Assembly: GCA_023920165.1 (NCBI GenBank)
Contig: CP089276.1
Span: forward strand, 1,054,001-1,118,000
DNA: 64,000 bases
From: Curvularia clavata
Taxonomy: Eukaryota
Direction of reading: 5' to 3'
In this document: positions 1 through 14,238 of the stretch, piece after piece
Numbering within the stretch: position 1 is the stretch's first letter
Layout of the letters: each line of letters opens with the position of its first letter
Notes under the pieces: model-generated
Told to the model about the DNA's origin: nothing
Seen by the model: only the letters and a program-made list of their open reading frames with translations
The model's database searches: none
Position numbers and translations under genes: made by a program

Positions 1-726
1 TTTGGATGACAACGGACTTTTGAGCTATCTCAGCGCAATCCTCCTGAACAAACCCCAGAGAAACTATAGTTATTGCAACTAAGCACTGGATACTCCATAA
101 GCATTTCGTCCTACACGTAATGTTCAGAAATGTCTACAAAAGCCAACCATAAGCCTAAAGTACCAGGAGTCGTTGTTGATATGTTAATTGATGCATTGGA
201 ACGCTTTTTGGTTGTCACGTGCATGCCAGCGGTGGCGAATCGCCTCCCGAAAACGATACGAGCGGGGATCCTTGTACATATGTGTTGTACAGAGAGAAAG
301 GATTCGACCAAATAGAGCGAACGAAAGGCGAGTATGATATGATACTTTTCTTAGGTCTCAGCTTACTAGGGCGTGAAACCCACAGCTTGAAACGTACATT
401 TGAAAAACTCACTGTTGGCCGATTCCCTGCAGCCTCTAGTGTTGCCTCTTAGATATCGGTTTCCAACAAAGTGTCTAAAACTGTTACAATTCATGGTTTA
501 CAGTTCTTTTTTGCCGCAGTACCACAGCAAGTATGTTTGATTATATGTTGGCGCGAAAGAACACTCGTGATTCGGCCGAGGGGCTTTAGCGTCGGTTGTT
601 CAACACCACCGAACATCCGAGGTATGTTGCGACCACTACCTCGTCGTTCAGCCACAGCCAAGCACGTTCCCAAGATCCCCCAAGACTCCTTCTTTTCACC
701 ATCCGGGTGTGGTTTAGATTTCCAAA

Positions 727-3316
727 ATGAGTTCAGATTCCCAAGCGCCGCGCTTTGTGCCTCCTAGTAGACGGAGGGACAAGCCCATCTTGAGCTGTAC
801 TCTTTGCCGGCGACGAAAGTGAGTGACTTCAGAAGCCAAGGACGCAGTGCGTTCAGCTGTCTGGGCCTCTACTGACATTTGGGAGATTGAAATGCGATCG
901 TCAACAGCCATGCAGGACCTGTGTAGATCGTGGGCTTTCGCTCTCTTGCGCGTACGTGCGTAATCTGCCAACACCAAAAGAACCAAAGATTCCAAACAGT
1001 GTACACGACCGCATTAATCAACTGGAGAAGCTTGTCACCGACCTTATGAGCAGCAAGAATGTTCCTGAAGTATCACCCGCAGCTAGCTACACATCGCAAC
1101 ATCAGGATGACAGCCAGTATGAGATCCCGGGAACTCCGGACCGTGTGAAGTTCAATGGTGAAACTACAAGTTACACGAATAGCGACCATTGGACTAGTAT
1201 TCTTGATGGGGTGAGACCATCTTCCTTTAACCTTGTTTCTTCTGCTCAACAAACTCCAGATCTCAGAATTGCGGGAACACCTTGATCAGATTCCTGCCTC
1301 TACTGATGCAAAAGAGGCCGGCTCAGAAGAGATTCCTGGCCCAGAAATTTTGTTTGGGCGGCAAAGATTTGCGACCAAGGAAGACATAATCGCTGCTCTG
1401 CCTCCGCGACGTGAGGCGGATCACTTGGTAAACACTTTCTTCGCAACGATGGACACACATACGAGTAGGTCAGCGTCTACAGCATAGTCAAAAACTCGCT
1501 AATATGCCAAGGTTCGGCGTTTATACACCGGCCAACTTTTCTTAAACAAGTAAGTCTTTGATCAGGAACACGTTCACATTTCGAACCTGACAGGTTGACA
1601 ATTGCCCAGTACGCGAACTTCTGGTTAAATCCCTTTGAAACACCAACGATGTGGGTAGGCCTTTTGTATAATACCTTTGCCCTAGGTGCTCGCTTCCAGG
1701 CGACTATCGAGAAATATTCGTCAAGCAGCTCTAGCTCAGCCCAGAGCTTGTTCGAGGCACGCATGAATTTCTACCGTGAGAAAGGCGTACAATGCATGAT
1801 CCTTGCCAACTATACGAAATGCCCGCCATCGACTATTGAAGCGTTTTTGCTCTATTGCGGCACTGAGTATACCCGCTGTGTCGATGCTCAGTTCAGCACA
1901 TACGTCGTATTCGGTTTGGTTGTAAGAGTAGCTTTCCGCATGGGGATGCATAGAGATCCGGCAAGATTTCCTAACATTTCACCTTTCGAGGGTGAAATGC
2001 GGAGACGCAAATGGCTTGCCATAGTGTCATTTGATATGCTTACGTCGTCACACCTGGGGTTGCCAAGAATGATCCAGCCGTTCATGTACGACACCCAAGA
2101 ACCTCGAAACCTGGCTGACGACGATATTTATGAAGACATGCCTGGACCACTGCCACCATCAAGACCAGAGACAGATACGACAAAGCTGCTGTATTTCATT
2201 ATTATGTCCAAGCTTCGGATAATTCAGGCGCAAATTCTTGACTTGATGGGAATGATCCAACAGCCACCGTACAAAAGCATCATCGATCTAGATGCAGCAC
2301 TGAGACTTGTGCTTGAGAAATTTCCGAAGAACATTGAAGCCTACGGTCCAGGCACCGCCAATATCTCCGGGAATACAGCCATGATACGTCAAGTCTATTT
2401 ACAGTTGGGCTACCTGAAGGCCCAGGTGATGCTTCATCGCCCGTATATCAAGGTCGGCAGAGCTGATCAGCACTACGAATACTCAAGGAGGATCTGTCTT
2501 AATGCCGCCATGGAATTACTGGCAATACAATCAAAATTGGACAATGAAGTCCAGCCAGAGGAGAGGTCTAGCCAGCCGGTAAGAGACCAAAAAGGACGCT
2601 CTTAGCCTGGAATCCCACTAACCACTTACTCTCAATCCAGGTGTTGCGTATCTCTGCCATGAACGGGATGATGTCTCCCATTGTTGCTCAGGACTTCCTT
2701 CTCGCCACCAGCGTGCTGATACTTGACCTGGATGAAGACCTGATTTCTCCTTTGCCCGTATCTACCGGTACGAGAATGGCAGATATCAGTCATTTAGATA
2801 GTGCACCACCCTCCCGCCAAGAGATCGTCGCAGCGCTACGTTCTGCTTACCACGTCTGGTCGAAGGCGAGCCAGAACTCTCAAGAGGCTCGAAAAGTTGC
2901 AACAGCGGTGAAATTAGTGCTTTCTAAAGCGAACGAAAACGAAGAACATGCGCCAAGTCCATCGCATTGTGAGTTTTTTGTGCAAGACGACGTTGCCCTG
3001 ATCATGAACTAATGTTTTCAAGCTGTGAGCGATGCAATGGCAGAACACGATATCTATCCAACTCCTAGCTTTGAGGGTAATAACTACATGCCCGAAAATC
3101 CGGAGTCGGCTATGTTCCCGATGGCTGGTCAAAGTTTCAGTCACCCTGTTTCCTTTGAACAAATGTCCATGGACCTGGACAGCTTGAACATACCATTTGA
3201 ATGGGTGAGTTGACGTAACTGTATCGCAATAGATTGAGACTAATCAGCTGCAGGAGGGCATGATGGCTAATCTCCAATTGCCGCCATATGGTATGCCAAA
3301 TCCACCTTTCCAATAA
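727..3316 (+). CDS. Zn(II)2Cys6 fungal transcription factor with fungal-specific TF middle homology region (multi-exon)
   Basis: ATG at 727. The spliced motif CTLCRRRK|LKCDRQQPCRTCVDRGLSLSC spans intron 819-885. The middle region has the typical 'VRVAFRMGMHRDP...SPFEGEMRRRKW' and 'LHRPY' motifs. Several GT-AG introns join the ORF pieces; stop TAA at 3314-3316. Confidence 0.9.
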
Positions 3317-4041
3317 CGCAGACTCCAGTGCGATCTGCAACTGGCTGGATGTAAATGAACGTCATCCCGAAAGAGCAGGTGGTAGATTCTGTCTTCGAAC
3401 ACATGTGGATGGAAACGGAGACGAGTCGCAATGATAGGTTGTATGCTCTGGCTCGCAATAGTCGATCGTCAATCTTTGAAACATCCATTGTTTCGCCACA
3501 ACGTGCGGTCTTGAAGCACCACAAACCGTGCTAGCGAATGCTGGTGACAATGCGGTATCTGTAAAAGAGTGCGTGTCGTTTCGAGAAGGGTCGCATAACT
3601 GAAATCCACCAGCTTGGGACACCGAGTAAGCACTGCTGGTCACACCAGCGCAACGTCTCATTTAGGTTCCTCACCGTGGGGAATGGATGTACTCAATGAT
3701 CGCCATCATGGAACCTGCATCGAGATGCGAAAATCGGGAAGCAGCGAAATCCGGATTAGGGACGGCTGATCACCCGTCTGTACCTAAATCCCGCAAGTCC
3801 GTCACGCAGTTCCGCAACGCTCCTACTACGGTTATCCCTGTAGTTCAAACGTCCGGAAAACGAATTGCATAGGACGCAGCAGCAACGTCATAATTCTTGT
3901 TCCGGATATTATTTACATGAGTAGTCATTGTGGATCAATTGCACGGCGGTCGCTGTGAGCACTTATAGCTCGCTCCTACTCGCTATCAACCGACGGCGTA
4001 AATGCCACCACCGCCCCTATGCCTAGTACTTTTCTTTCAGT

Positions 4042-5169
4042 ATGGTAAACCATATGGACATTATTCAAGAACTCGATGGAGGCCGCTATCCAAGGAAAGT
4101 GGTGGTCATCGAGCCTGATCTCGGAGATCTACGGAAGTCGACCGACAAGGCCTTGCCAGCACCACCCAAGACGCCGAAGAGGGTGCTGATGAAGTACCGG
4201 TTCTCTGCAATCTTTCCAATTTTCTTCTCGATTGCGAGTTTTGTTCTCGTGTTGGTCTTGGTCCTAGCGGGACATAACTCAACTACCTTTAGCGGACAGT
4301 ATTTAGTTGCGGTAAGTCAATGCATTGTCCCTGCCAGTGCTTCAATGAGCTTATAGCCTGCAGATTCATGATTCCGCAGTTGAGCGGGCTCCAGAGTTTC
4401 ATGGCACGACTAAACCCGAGCTGTCTTCTGCGACAGACAGCATAAGAGCGGCACGTGTCTACCACCTCTACCTGCGCAAAGTTTGTTACGACTCTCCAGC
4501 CAATAGCGCAGAAGGGGCCTCCAATACCGTCGAAAGAAGGTGTGAGCGCTATTCCTCGGCCGCTACTAGTATGTACACTATGTTTTCAGCGTTAGGCTTG
4601 CTATCTAATAAGATAACTCAGGGCTAGCAATGCTGACCTCCTCGGCTGAAGCGCAACCCACGAACTCCGGCATGCCTACGAACCTAGTCAATATAACACT
4701 TGATATGATGTCAGTGAACATGGCCAACGTGCGTAATGCCATCTTCGGCTCGCTGGTCATCTCGCTCATTGGTTCGTTTTTCTCAGCAATTTCTTCAGGA
4801 CCAGCAATTGTATTTCCTCATTCCCGGCTCTTGGCCTACATGAACATGCTCTGGCCGCTCCTCTCAAGTACGTTCACCTTCCTAGCCGCAACCATGCTTA
4901 GTGTTGTGATAGCCGGGGTCTTTGCAGCGGTGGACACCATCATCAATGTGGGCGATGTGGAGGTCCAGCAGGGCAGATCGATGCTGCTTTTTGCATGGCT
5001 GGCCTGGGTTCTTGTATCGCTTTCCGTAGTTTACTGGAGTCTTGTATGGTTTGTGGAAGTGAGAAGATCGAGCTTTGCCAGGAGAAAAAGAAGCGAAGAA
5101 GAAGTGGGGAATTGGAAAGGGATAGGAAGCGAAGTCTGGATGGATTTCAAAATACAGAAGACAACATGA
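4042..5169 (+). CDS. SUR7/PalI-like multi-pass membrane protein (3 exons)
   Basis: N-terminal TM (FSAIFPIFFSIASFVLVLVLVLAG), intron at 4312, extracellular loop with 'VYHLYLRKVC...C', second intron, then three more hydrophobic helices. Confidence 0.65.
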
Positions 5170-5617
5170 CGTTTCTGAATCAGAAAAAAAAGAATGCAAA
5201 CCCAATGGTTCATTTTGGGTGCCTTGCTGAACAACCAAAGTTATTCCTAGCTTTTGAATACTCGCGTTCCCGCACTTCGCATCGTTTGGCCGGTCGCAAT
5301 ACAAAACGGGCATAACAGACTTGCAAAAGAATACATCGGAGGAAATCCACTTGCTTCTAGACAAGCCCGATGCGCAGCAGCATCTTCCTGGGTAACGTGA
5401 CCGTGGTCTAGAAGAGGGGCGGGATGTTGTTCCTGCGCTAGTGGGGAAGTGGCGAGCGGAGAGGTGGAATCATCCCATCAGCCAACCATGAGGCGACGTG
5501 AGCCCACCGCCTCGAGCGCCAAGCCTCAGGGTCTCGAGTACAATACTCCGCAGACCAAACTCCCTGCTCAACCCCTCCGCTCCTTGCACATTTTTGCTGT
5601 ACCAACTAGCCGCTGTG

Positions 5618-6804
5618 ATGCGGTCTTCAGTCTCTACCACTACGGTCCCCTCAAAGCGGCCTTCAGAAGAGGAGCCGAAATTGGAGAACGAACATGACCA
5701 CTTCTTCTGGACATATACAGAGGAGCCGCATAGGACGCGGCGAATGGCCATTATCAAGGCACATCCAGAAGTGAGACTGCTATCCAATTGTGTATTTGAC
5801 ACTCCCAACTAACGCACCTACAGGTAACCAAGCTCTGCGGTCCTGAGCCTCTCACAAAATACGTCGTCCTGCTAGTCGTGTCGATACAAGTCGCCTGCGC
5901 ATACCTCCTCCGCAACACTCCTGTGCTATCGTGGCCTTTCTTCCTCACCGCTTACATCGTGGGTGCTACGGCCAACCAGAACCTCTTTTTGGCCATCCAC
6001 GAAATATCGCACAATTTGGCATTTCGATCGCCAATGGCAAACCGCCTCTTTGCCATTATCGCAAACCTGCCGATTGGTATCCCATACAGCGCCTCGTTCA
6101 GGCCCTACCACCTCACCCACCACAAGTCTCTGGGCGTCAATGGTCTTGACACCGATCTGCCAACTGCTTTCGAAGCACTCTTCCTCGACTCCGTTGCTGG
6201 CAAGGCCTTCTTTGCGACCTTCCAGATTCTTTTCTACGCCCTGCGACCCATGTTCATTTACAGTCTGCCCATGACCAAAATTCACCTTCTCAACGTCGTC
6301 GTGCAATTGGCCTTTGACTATGTCTTGGTACAATATGCAGGTGGAAAAGCATTGGGATACCTCATCATGAGCAGCTTCCTTGCCGGGTCGTTGCATCCGT
6401 GTGCAGGCCATTTCATTGCCGAGCACTACGTCTTCGAGAAGCCCAACAAGGACGCTGCAAACCCAGCCAACAAGATTCCGCTCCCGGAAACGTACTCTTA
6501 CTATGGGCCTCTCAACATCTTGACCTACAACGTTGGACTTCACAACGAACATCATGACTTCCCCGCCATCCCATGGACTCGCCTGCACGCTCTTAACAGG
6601 ATTGCAAATGACTTTTACAAAGACCTTCCCCAACACAAGAGCTGGGTATACGTTCTGTGGCAATTCATTTGGGACAAGGACATCAGTTTGTGGTGCAGAG
6701 TCAAGCGAGAAGAGGGAGGAAGACGGGTCGGGGGTGGAGGTGGATGGAACGAGGAGGAGTTGGGTTCAAACGAGAAGAAAGGACCTATCCCGGGTGTCTT
6801 GTAG
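5618..6804 (+). CDS. DES1: Sphingolipid delta(4)-desaturase / dihydroceramide desaturase
   Basis: N-terminal 'FFWTYTEEPHRTRRMAIIKAHPE|VTKLCGPEP' across intron 5771-5823. Three His boxes: HEISH, HLTHH, HNEHH. Confidence 0.95.
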
Positions 6805-7435
6805 CTTTTCGTGCATGGTTGGCGTTTTGAGGGGCATGGCATCTAGCATTACATAGATTTAGACTGAGATGTTAATATATAGCTTTTCCTAAACAGGAAC
6901 GACATCCTTCCCACCGCCACGCATAAACATACATATTTGCAACTGAGCCGAAATCACCAGGCAACAATACGCCCATGACGTCGTTATCGGGCTGCTTGTT
7001 TGCTCTCTATTGCAGAATTTGGCTCTCAGCAGTGGGATAACTTGCCATGTGCCACTGTTATTGTCTAGTCGTCTGTAACATAAAACTATCGTGCGGCGTC
7101 ACTGTTAGATTGCATATTTGGGAAAGACACTTCGGCAATACCCTAGTCGAGAAAATGGCTTGGTCATGCTGGATAACATGTCAGGATAGCCGCCGTAATG
7201 ACTCGATTACTACAAAACTCAATACGTACTGATCAAAAGGATGCATCCCCCATGCATGACATTGACACTGCTTATATTTGGATATCATATCAAATAGTCT
7301 AGTTGAGCAACCCGTAGTCTTCATTTCGTCTCTGTCCGTGCTGTGGCCCGTTTGCAACCCCGATTGCGGCTTGAAAGCTGCCTTCACCTAACCCTCCCCC
7401 ATTGCGCTAGTGCAGGCTTGGCAGGCCGCCCTCGG

Positions 7436-7447
7436 AGTATATATACT
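7436..7447 (+). promoter_or_regulatory. Probable TATA box (palindromic AGTATATATACT) upstream of the 7579 ORF
   Basis: TATATATA about 135 bp upstream of the ATG, followed by a CT-rich tract. Confidence 0.5.
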
Positions 7448-7578
7448 GCCCATCCCGCTTCCTCCCTCCTTTCTGCACCTCTCGCCGCTTTGTCGTCCAT
7501 CAGCTGGAGACAAAGCGGAAAGCTGACAAGGACCAGGAACACAAGCACATCAAGACTGTTCTTTCGTACAAGCCTACC

Positions 7579-8586
7579 ATGGTCAACCAAGTCGCCCGCG
7601 AGCACAAGGGTCCTGCCGTCCAACGCCCTGAAGATACTTCCAATAAGGTGCTCAACGCTTCCGAGGCCCTTCGCAACATGACTTCACGCAAGGAGAGAGT
7701 CACTCCAGAACCTATACCCGCCCTGACTGATACTTTAGGCATCTTTGGTAAGCTCCCTGCCGAGGTCCGTAACAACATCTTCTTCAAAGCCATGGAAGTC
7801 GACGAGCGTCCGATTCACATGAAGGCTTGCGGCTGCGTTCCTAGCCATCTCTTGTGGCAGGTTGGTAAGTGTGACAAAGATCATGCCAAGTACCCTGTCG
7901 GCACCGGTCGCTTCAACCTCCTATACGTGTCCAAGCCCATCCGTCAAGAAGCCATGCAGGTCATGTACACCCTCTGCAAGCTCCATATCGTCGTCGACAA
8001 CAACATACCCAAGTACCTCTGTGGCACTCGCTCCAAGAAACACAACTTGCCCCCGATGTGGAACTCCATCGCTCAGTTCCACGAGATTCATATCGAGGTG
8101 TCTCCTATCCATATCAAGGCTGGCCATCCAGTCCGTTACACTGACCGCGTTCTCAATATTCTCCAAAACTTTCAGAAGCACCACCTCGCCTCGGAAGTCC
8201 CCATCAAAGACCTAGCCAGGAGGACTCGAATCATCAACTTTGGAAACTTGTTCCACTCAACTCTCCCTTTCAACTTCGACAACCCGACCGTCCGCATCCC
8301 TGTCGTTCTCGCCGGTTGGATCACCTTTCAGTCCCAGAACCCCAGGGAACCCGGATTTCACCAGCTTCAAATTGAAGCAAGGGACAACTTGCATCGCATC
8401 GTGCAGTTGATCAGAGAGCTTCCCCACCGCGACGGCTGGAAGATCTTGGTCAACACCCACGTCGATGGCGTATCTAATGCTAATCGACCGGGCGGTAAGC
8501 GTGAATTTGAAGAGTTCAAGTCGTACTGCGAGGAACATGGTGTTGAGCTTGCTCACACAGATGGTCCCAAGTCCACTCAGTCGTGA
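7579..8586 (+). CDS. Hypothetical protein with F-box-like motif
   Basis: Intronless 335 aa ORF with strong C-ending codon bias. 'GIFGKLPAEVRNNIF' and 'LLYVSKPIRQEAMQVMY' resemble the F-box-like motifs common in fungal hypothetical proteins. Confidence 0.7.
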   Translation: MVNQVAREHKGPAVQRPEDTSNKVLNASEALRNMTSRKERVTPEPIPALTDTLGIFGKLPAEVRNNIFFKAMEVDERPIHMKACGCVPSHLLWQVGKCDKDHAKYPVGTGRFNLLYVSKPIRQEAMQVMYTLCKLHIVVDNNIPKYLCGTRSKKHNLPPMWNSIAQFHEIHIEVSPIHIKAGHPVRYTDRVLNILQNFQKHHLASEVPIKDLARRTRIINFGNLFHSTLPFNFDNPTVRIPVVLAGWITFQSQNPREPGFHQLQIEARDNLHRIVQLIRELPHRDGWKILVNTHVDGVSNANRPGGKREFEEFKSYCEEHGVELAHTDGPKSTQS

Positions 8587-9159
8587 ATTCAAGTTGCGTG
8601 CTTGGCAACGTTATGCGCTCGATGCATACGCTTTCGCTGCTTATGTGGAGTGTATTACAGGGCATTGAGTCTTTCTTTTATGACAATGATGGCTTAACGA
8701 TGTGATGGCTTCATAGCTTGACGGATTGACGATATGATGGATTGATGATGCGACGAATGAATGATCTGATGATGGATGACTTTCAAAGTTTGTACAATAC
8801 TACCGGCACCTGTAAGAAAACATCATGCGATACCGATAGAGCAGGGGTTCGAGGCTGAGGACTTTTCGGATATGAGTGGGTGGCCTGTATCTCTCTTTTG
8901 AGTAATGGATCTAGCCACGTCTGATAGGGCACCGCCTCTGGTACTCATTTGGTATCTCACCCCGCCTTCATCGAGGAATAAATCTGGTTTTACAAGTTCT
9001 CTACTCTTGTATGATCGTGTTGTGATTGACGAGTGTGAAGACGATGGACGGCGTACTAGGTAGGCTTAACTGATACACCGTGGGGTTGAAGGCACCTTTT
9101 AAACGATCATGATAGCATGTTCAACTACACCAATCACCTCGCATACCAACATCTGAAAT

Positions 9160-12100
9160 CTAACCTAGCAGACTCAGCCTCTCAAACGACTTGACAACAG
9201 GCGCCTCGCGCTTCTTGCCCACCTCCTGCAGACTATCCCACAACGTCGCGTCACCACCAGTCGGCTTCAGCGCACCAGCTTCAGCGTCAGTCACTACGCC
9301 GTTCCCAGTAGACGTTGCCTCAGTCGAAGGCGGGTACATCTCTTTGACCGCGTCTCGGCATCTCTCCACCACCTCATTGACAGCATTTGATACGGCATCC
9401 GCACGCTCCCGCATACCGCGCCTGACGAGGCCCTCGACAAGGCGCTGAATCTCGTCTTGCATGCTATTGATGCGCTCAATCAGGCGCTCGATCGAATTCG
9501 TCAGATACTCCTCCTCATATACTGTGCCCTTCTTACCCCGCGCCCGCTTCCTCTCCTCACGGCGCTTATTCTTGCTGGTCTTGCGCGTCGTCGTGGTATT
9601 GACTGTACCGGTTTGATTCGTGTACCGCGTCATGAACGTGCCGCCAGAGGTAGTGTCGGTCGGAGCGAGAGAGATGTTATCGGGGATATTGGCGTCAGCG
9701 CCGCCGTCAAGCATGCCCTCATAAAATGCCAGCGGGTCTTCTACCTTCTTCGTCCTCAATTCTTTGAGTCGAGGCACCTGAGCTTGCAGCTGGCCTTTCA
9801 TTTCAGCGAGGAACTCGGTCATGTCTGCACTGCGCTCGACGAGGCCGGGATCGACGACTTCGGTGATGAGGTTGGGTTCGCGGCGCAGTGTGACTATGCG
9901 GATTGCTTCGGCGAAGTAGCAACCTCGACAGAAGAGTCGTGCTGCTGATGGAAGATCTGACAGATAGTCCAATGTGATTGTCGCTGCAGATAGATAGTCC
10001 TTTGATTCGGATAACCCTTCCGCTAGGGCTGCTGCAATGGACGAAAGCTCATCGGCACTGACTTCAGCGAGGGTAGCAGACGACAGGGCTTCGCGCCAAA
10101 GATTGGCCGAGCGGTAGCATGGCCATGCTGAAGAGTGATCGCCCAGGTACTCGTATGCTAGAGCGGCCTCCTTGTTCTTGTTGTTCGCACTCAAGAAGTC
10201 TGCATACATGCGCATGATCTCTCGAAGGCGAGTGTTGTCGTATTGGTACATGCTCAGTGCCTCCGAGTAGAGGTCGTGTTTTTGCACGTATTCCTGAACT
10301 TCATCAAACGCTTGGAGATCATTGAGGTGTCTGAGCGCCTTTGCCCTACGTCCGAGTTGGTCATCGATTTTGAATTTTCGGCGAGTTTCCGGCAAATCTT
10401 GTAGTGATTGCAAATGTGGAAGATATTCTCGAGGATCCTAACATAATTAGAATGGTATTGAAAAGTAACCTTATGTATGCGATTACCTTTTGTGATTGTT
10501 GAGCGATGAGCAAAGCAAGGTCGAGATTATACAGCCCTAGTGATGTGTCATAGAGCTGATTGACGTCGGCAAGGAAACAAATATGCTCGGCAGCTTTGTC
10601 CGTCAGAGGATCGCTTGATTCTGTTTGGCGTTAACAATCTGACATAGAGCGAGCGATGAATATATACCTTGCAACCGGCCTATCATTTGCAATCCTGTTT
10701 CGAGGGCTGGAGGTGTCTTGGAAACATGGGCCGTGATGATATTCTGCAAGTGAGCTTCCTTGTATTGAGGCTGTTCCAACACGGCCAGGAAAGCATCACA
10801 AATCCGGTTGACCTTGTTTTCCACTTGCTCTTGTGACAATCGTGACTTGCTCACTTGCTCTTTTGTCTTGAGTGTTTCCTTGTACATACTTTCCGACACA
10901 TCCTCGTTGCTGTACATATTAGCCACTAGTGTGTTGAGAGAGTATGTTTCACCTACCGAAGCTGAGCTAAAAGCAGATCAATGTGCTCCACCTTTTTAAT
11001 TTGTGTGATGATCTTTTCGAGACTCTTCAGGAAGCGCTCGGGGTCATGATCGTGAAGGATGTTCAAGTCAACGCGCTGACTGCGACATGCGAAGAACGCT
11101 TCGTCGTAACGTTCAGCCTCGACATTTCGTCGGATCGCAGCAAGTACAAGTGCTCGAGGATAAATTGTTTCCAGGTTTCCTCTTGGCATTTGTAGTACCA
11201 CCGAATAAGTGGTAGGAATCACAGTAACGATTTTCGCACCTCTTTCGATGCTTCTGCATCGCTCATCCTTTTGCGGCTCATCTGCTGGTACTTCGAGTTC
11301 TAAAAAAACGTTAACACAATTTGAGAGTTTACTTGCGTATCTATACTTACCATCTACATTGGCAAGATGAACGAACTTCAGTAGATGTTGAGTCGTCGTG
11401 AAAATGAGATGTGCAGAAGTTAACACAAAGGATGTGCAGTTACGGGCGAGTATCCGCTCGTTAGCGAAGAGAGCTCCACTCTTGGTTAACCCAAAGGCTA
11501 ATGTCTGCGAAGGTCAGCTACTGTTGTGACTTAAATCTAAGTGGTACGCATACCTGTCCTTCAAATTTGACCACCTGGACCTCAGGTACGAACGAAGGAA
11601 ACTTGTTTACAAGGGATGTTTGTGGTGGTAAGTCTTCCGTCGTATCTCCTGTGATAATCTCATGTAGTGCACCGTTTTGGAGCAAGGTGTATAGCGTCTC
11701 GTGGTCGATGCTGGAAAGCAAAGTAGAAGTACTGTCAGCTTCTACTATCGGTCCCTGAGGTAACAACATATCCCCTTCGGATCGCCAAAGAGAGCTCTCA
11801 TCTTCGTCCCAATTGTCTGTAAGCACAAACACTTGATCGTCGCCAATAAATGTGACATGACGTGGACAGTGATCTTTGACTGCATCACTTTTCCAGAGGA
11901 ATGAAGGCTTCGGCACAGGTCGCTTGTTGAGGTCCAGTGCGTATACCGATAGGTCGCGCTGCGAGAGGACAGCCAAGCGAGTACCGGATTTCGACAGCGC
12001 AACATCAATAGTTTTGGACTCGAGTGCCAAGCTATGAAAGGACATTGGGGGTGGAACATTCGCGATCCGCAATGGTGTAAGCTTCAGAGCCACTAGTGAA

Positions 12101-13411
12101 GGTTAGTAAAGAAGTTAGAGGAAGACGCAAACTTGACAACTTACACCCGTCGATCGAGGCAACCATGCCGAAGTCGTTTGGTGGTAAAACTGACCCAGCT
12201 GAGATTGTGGATGAATATTCAAGAACTTGAAGAGCACCTAGGTTATTATTAGCTACTATCTAGCAAGCTGTTAATTCACTTTGCTTACCTGGCGTAGAAA
12301 GAGCCACTGCGAGTGGGCGCTCCGCATGCCAGTTACACATGACGGTTTGCGGAGCAACTTCTGGGAACGACAGTTCTTGTTTCAGATAGTAGTGATAGTT
12401 GCTCATAGTCCAAAGCTGAACCTTATCCACGTACGACACTGCTAGAACGTTGGAATCACTATTCCATGCAAGTGTCACAGGTCTTGTCAGTGCTGCAAGC
12501 TCTTCGGGGGTAAAGCGAAGATCGAACTGTCCATGACGAAGACCGTTGCGCTCGAAAAATACGACCTCGACCTTGTCGTTGGTGCGTCGGGTGCTTGCAA
12601 TTAGGTTTCCAGATGGTCGCCAACTGAGGGCCCCTTCAAGTCCATCAACCGGCTCGCTCACACTATCCAGCTGTCCTTCTCGGGAAAACACTCGAATCAT
12701 ACGACGTCGCTCTTCTTCGACTTTGCTCACGGCGAACCAAGCACCATCGCCTCTCCAGCTGATAGTGACGGAGCGATCGTCAAGGGGGCTCAACACGCCC
12801 TCATCGACGCTTTCTGGTACAGTTGGGTCCTGGAGTGCTCTCGCCCGCTTGCCCTTGAACTGCGTCTCTTTCTTTCCCCACCCGACTGAGACATGACTGG
12901 AAACGTTGACGTCTTCAGGTGTGAGGTTAACACTCGCTATGTTCTCGATATCACGACTCATTAACAGTAGCGTATCAGCCTGAGTGGCAATTGCGAGAAG
13001 CTCCTCATCTGGCGACCAGGCAGCGGCTGCGATACCAGCATCCACTGAGCCAACAATCTCAACTAGCTCTTCATTCGCTGCTGGGTTTTCTCGGACCAGC
13101 ACAATGTCCCCTCCGGCTAGGATCAGACATGATGTAGATGTGTCGGCAAAATGGTGGAGGCTTAAGATAGCGTCATGGGTAAGCGAAGGCAGTGGACATG
13201 GTGCATCCCACGACGCAATGCTCTCGAGTTTCTGATCGCTGGTGCGCGTGTGGTGTAGTCTCTTGAGTTCGATAGTCGCACGTGATTGCGAGGGCCCAAA
13301 GGCGCATATGAGTGCATTGGATGCAGCGTCCCAGGCAGTGGCCGTTAACGGAAGTGGCTCCTCTCCGGCAAATCGCAGGAGCGATCTCCCCACAATCTTA
13401 AGATTGCGCAT
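9160..13411 (-). CDS. ELP1: Elongator complex subunit 1 (multi-exon)
   Basis: N-terminus MRNLK; motifs 'VSVGWGKKETQFKGK', 'FFERNGLRHGQF', 'LQMPRGNLETIYPR'; C-terminal basic 'KNKRREERKRARGKKGTVYEEEYL'. Several GT-AG introns on the minus strand. Confidence 0.96.
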
Positions 13412-13889
13412 CGTTGGAGTATCATAGGCTTGGTGACGGTTGAATGTGTGCAGTCATAAAGGCTCTAATATTCAAGTGATGTGAGTGGTCGCGAATTTTT
13501 GGTGATGCTAGCGCCGAGCTTCTACCGAACAAATGCGTCACATCCTCACAGTTGACTCTGACGGTGTTGCGAACGCCATAGCCATTGTGCCCGAATTGCC
13601 TTCTGTGGACTGCTGGAAATTTTGGATGCACTTTTGTGGATTCTCGATACATGTTTCAGCCAAACCTCTCATGTACTTCGCACCAACCCATGACGCGTTC
13701 CCATCAGCCCGCCATTGTCAGATGAGTTAGCAGCACCTAGTTTTCGTTCATGTTGCAAGCAATTGAAAGACAGACGATGAAATTGATGCTGTGATGTCTA
13801 TACTGTCGCCGCTAGGGCCGCCCGATATGCTACAGACACCGTATCCCTGGCGTGCCCAAAACCCATCTTCACGCTCTGTGAGATTGCGT

Positions 13890-14238
13890 CTATTTGTTCT
13901 TCTTGGTTTGCCAGACTTTGATACCAATGTAGTTAGTTTCGCGCGTATGTCTCGCAGGAAGGGAAAAGAAGGCTCACCGGCAAGGAGGAAGGGAAGGGAG
14001 AATCCAGTAGCTGTGTCTGTGTTAGCGAGCCTCTGCCAATGGGACTTCATTCGACCTCACCCATGAATCCCCAGTACTTGAAGGCAAAGCCCTTCTTCAG
14101 CGGGTCAAAGGGCAAGTTGCTGCGCGGGCCCTCGGGGTAGTGGTATGGGCTGGAGAACTGGGCGCGGGTCGACTGGAAGCCGCGGCGGGCGACGAGGGTT
14201 GGGGCCGATGCGGCGCGGAAAGTAGCACGGGCGAGCAT
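13890..14238 (-). CDS. COX8: Cytochrome c oxidase subunit VIIc (yeast Cox8 family), mitochondrial precursor, 3 coding exons
   Basis: Presequence MLARATFRAAS..RRGFQSTRAQ, then 'HYPEGPRSNLPF...KYWGFM|ATGFSLPFLLA|VWQTKKNK*'. Intron donors at 14060 and 13977. Confidence 0.9.

Noticed and set aside
5926..6663. 245 aa antisense ORF over DES1
   Set aside because: Antisense shadow of a codon-biased gene.
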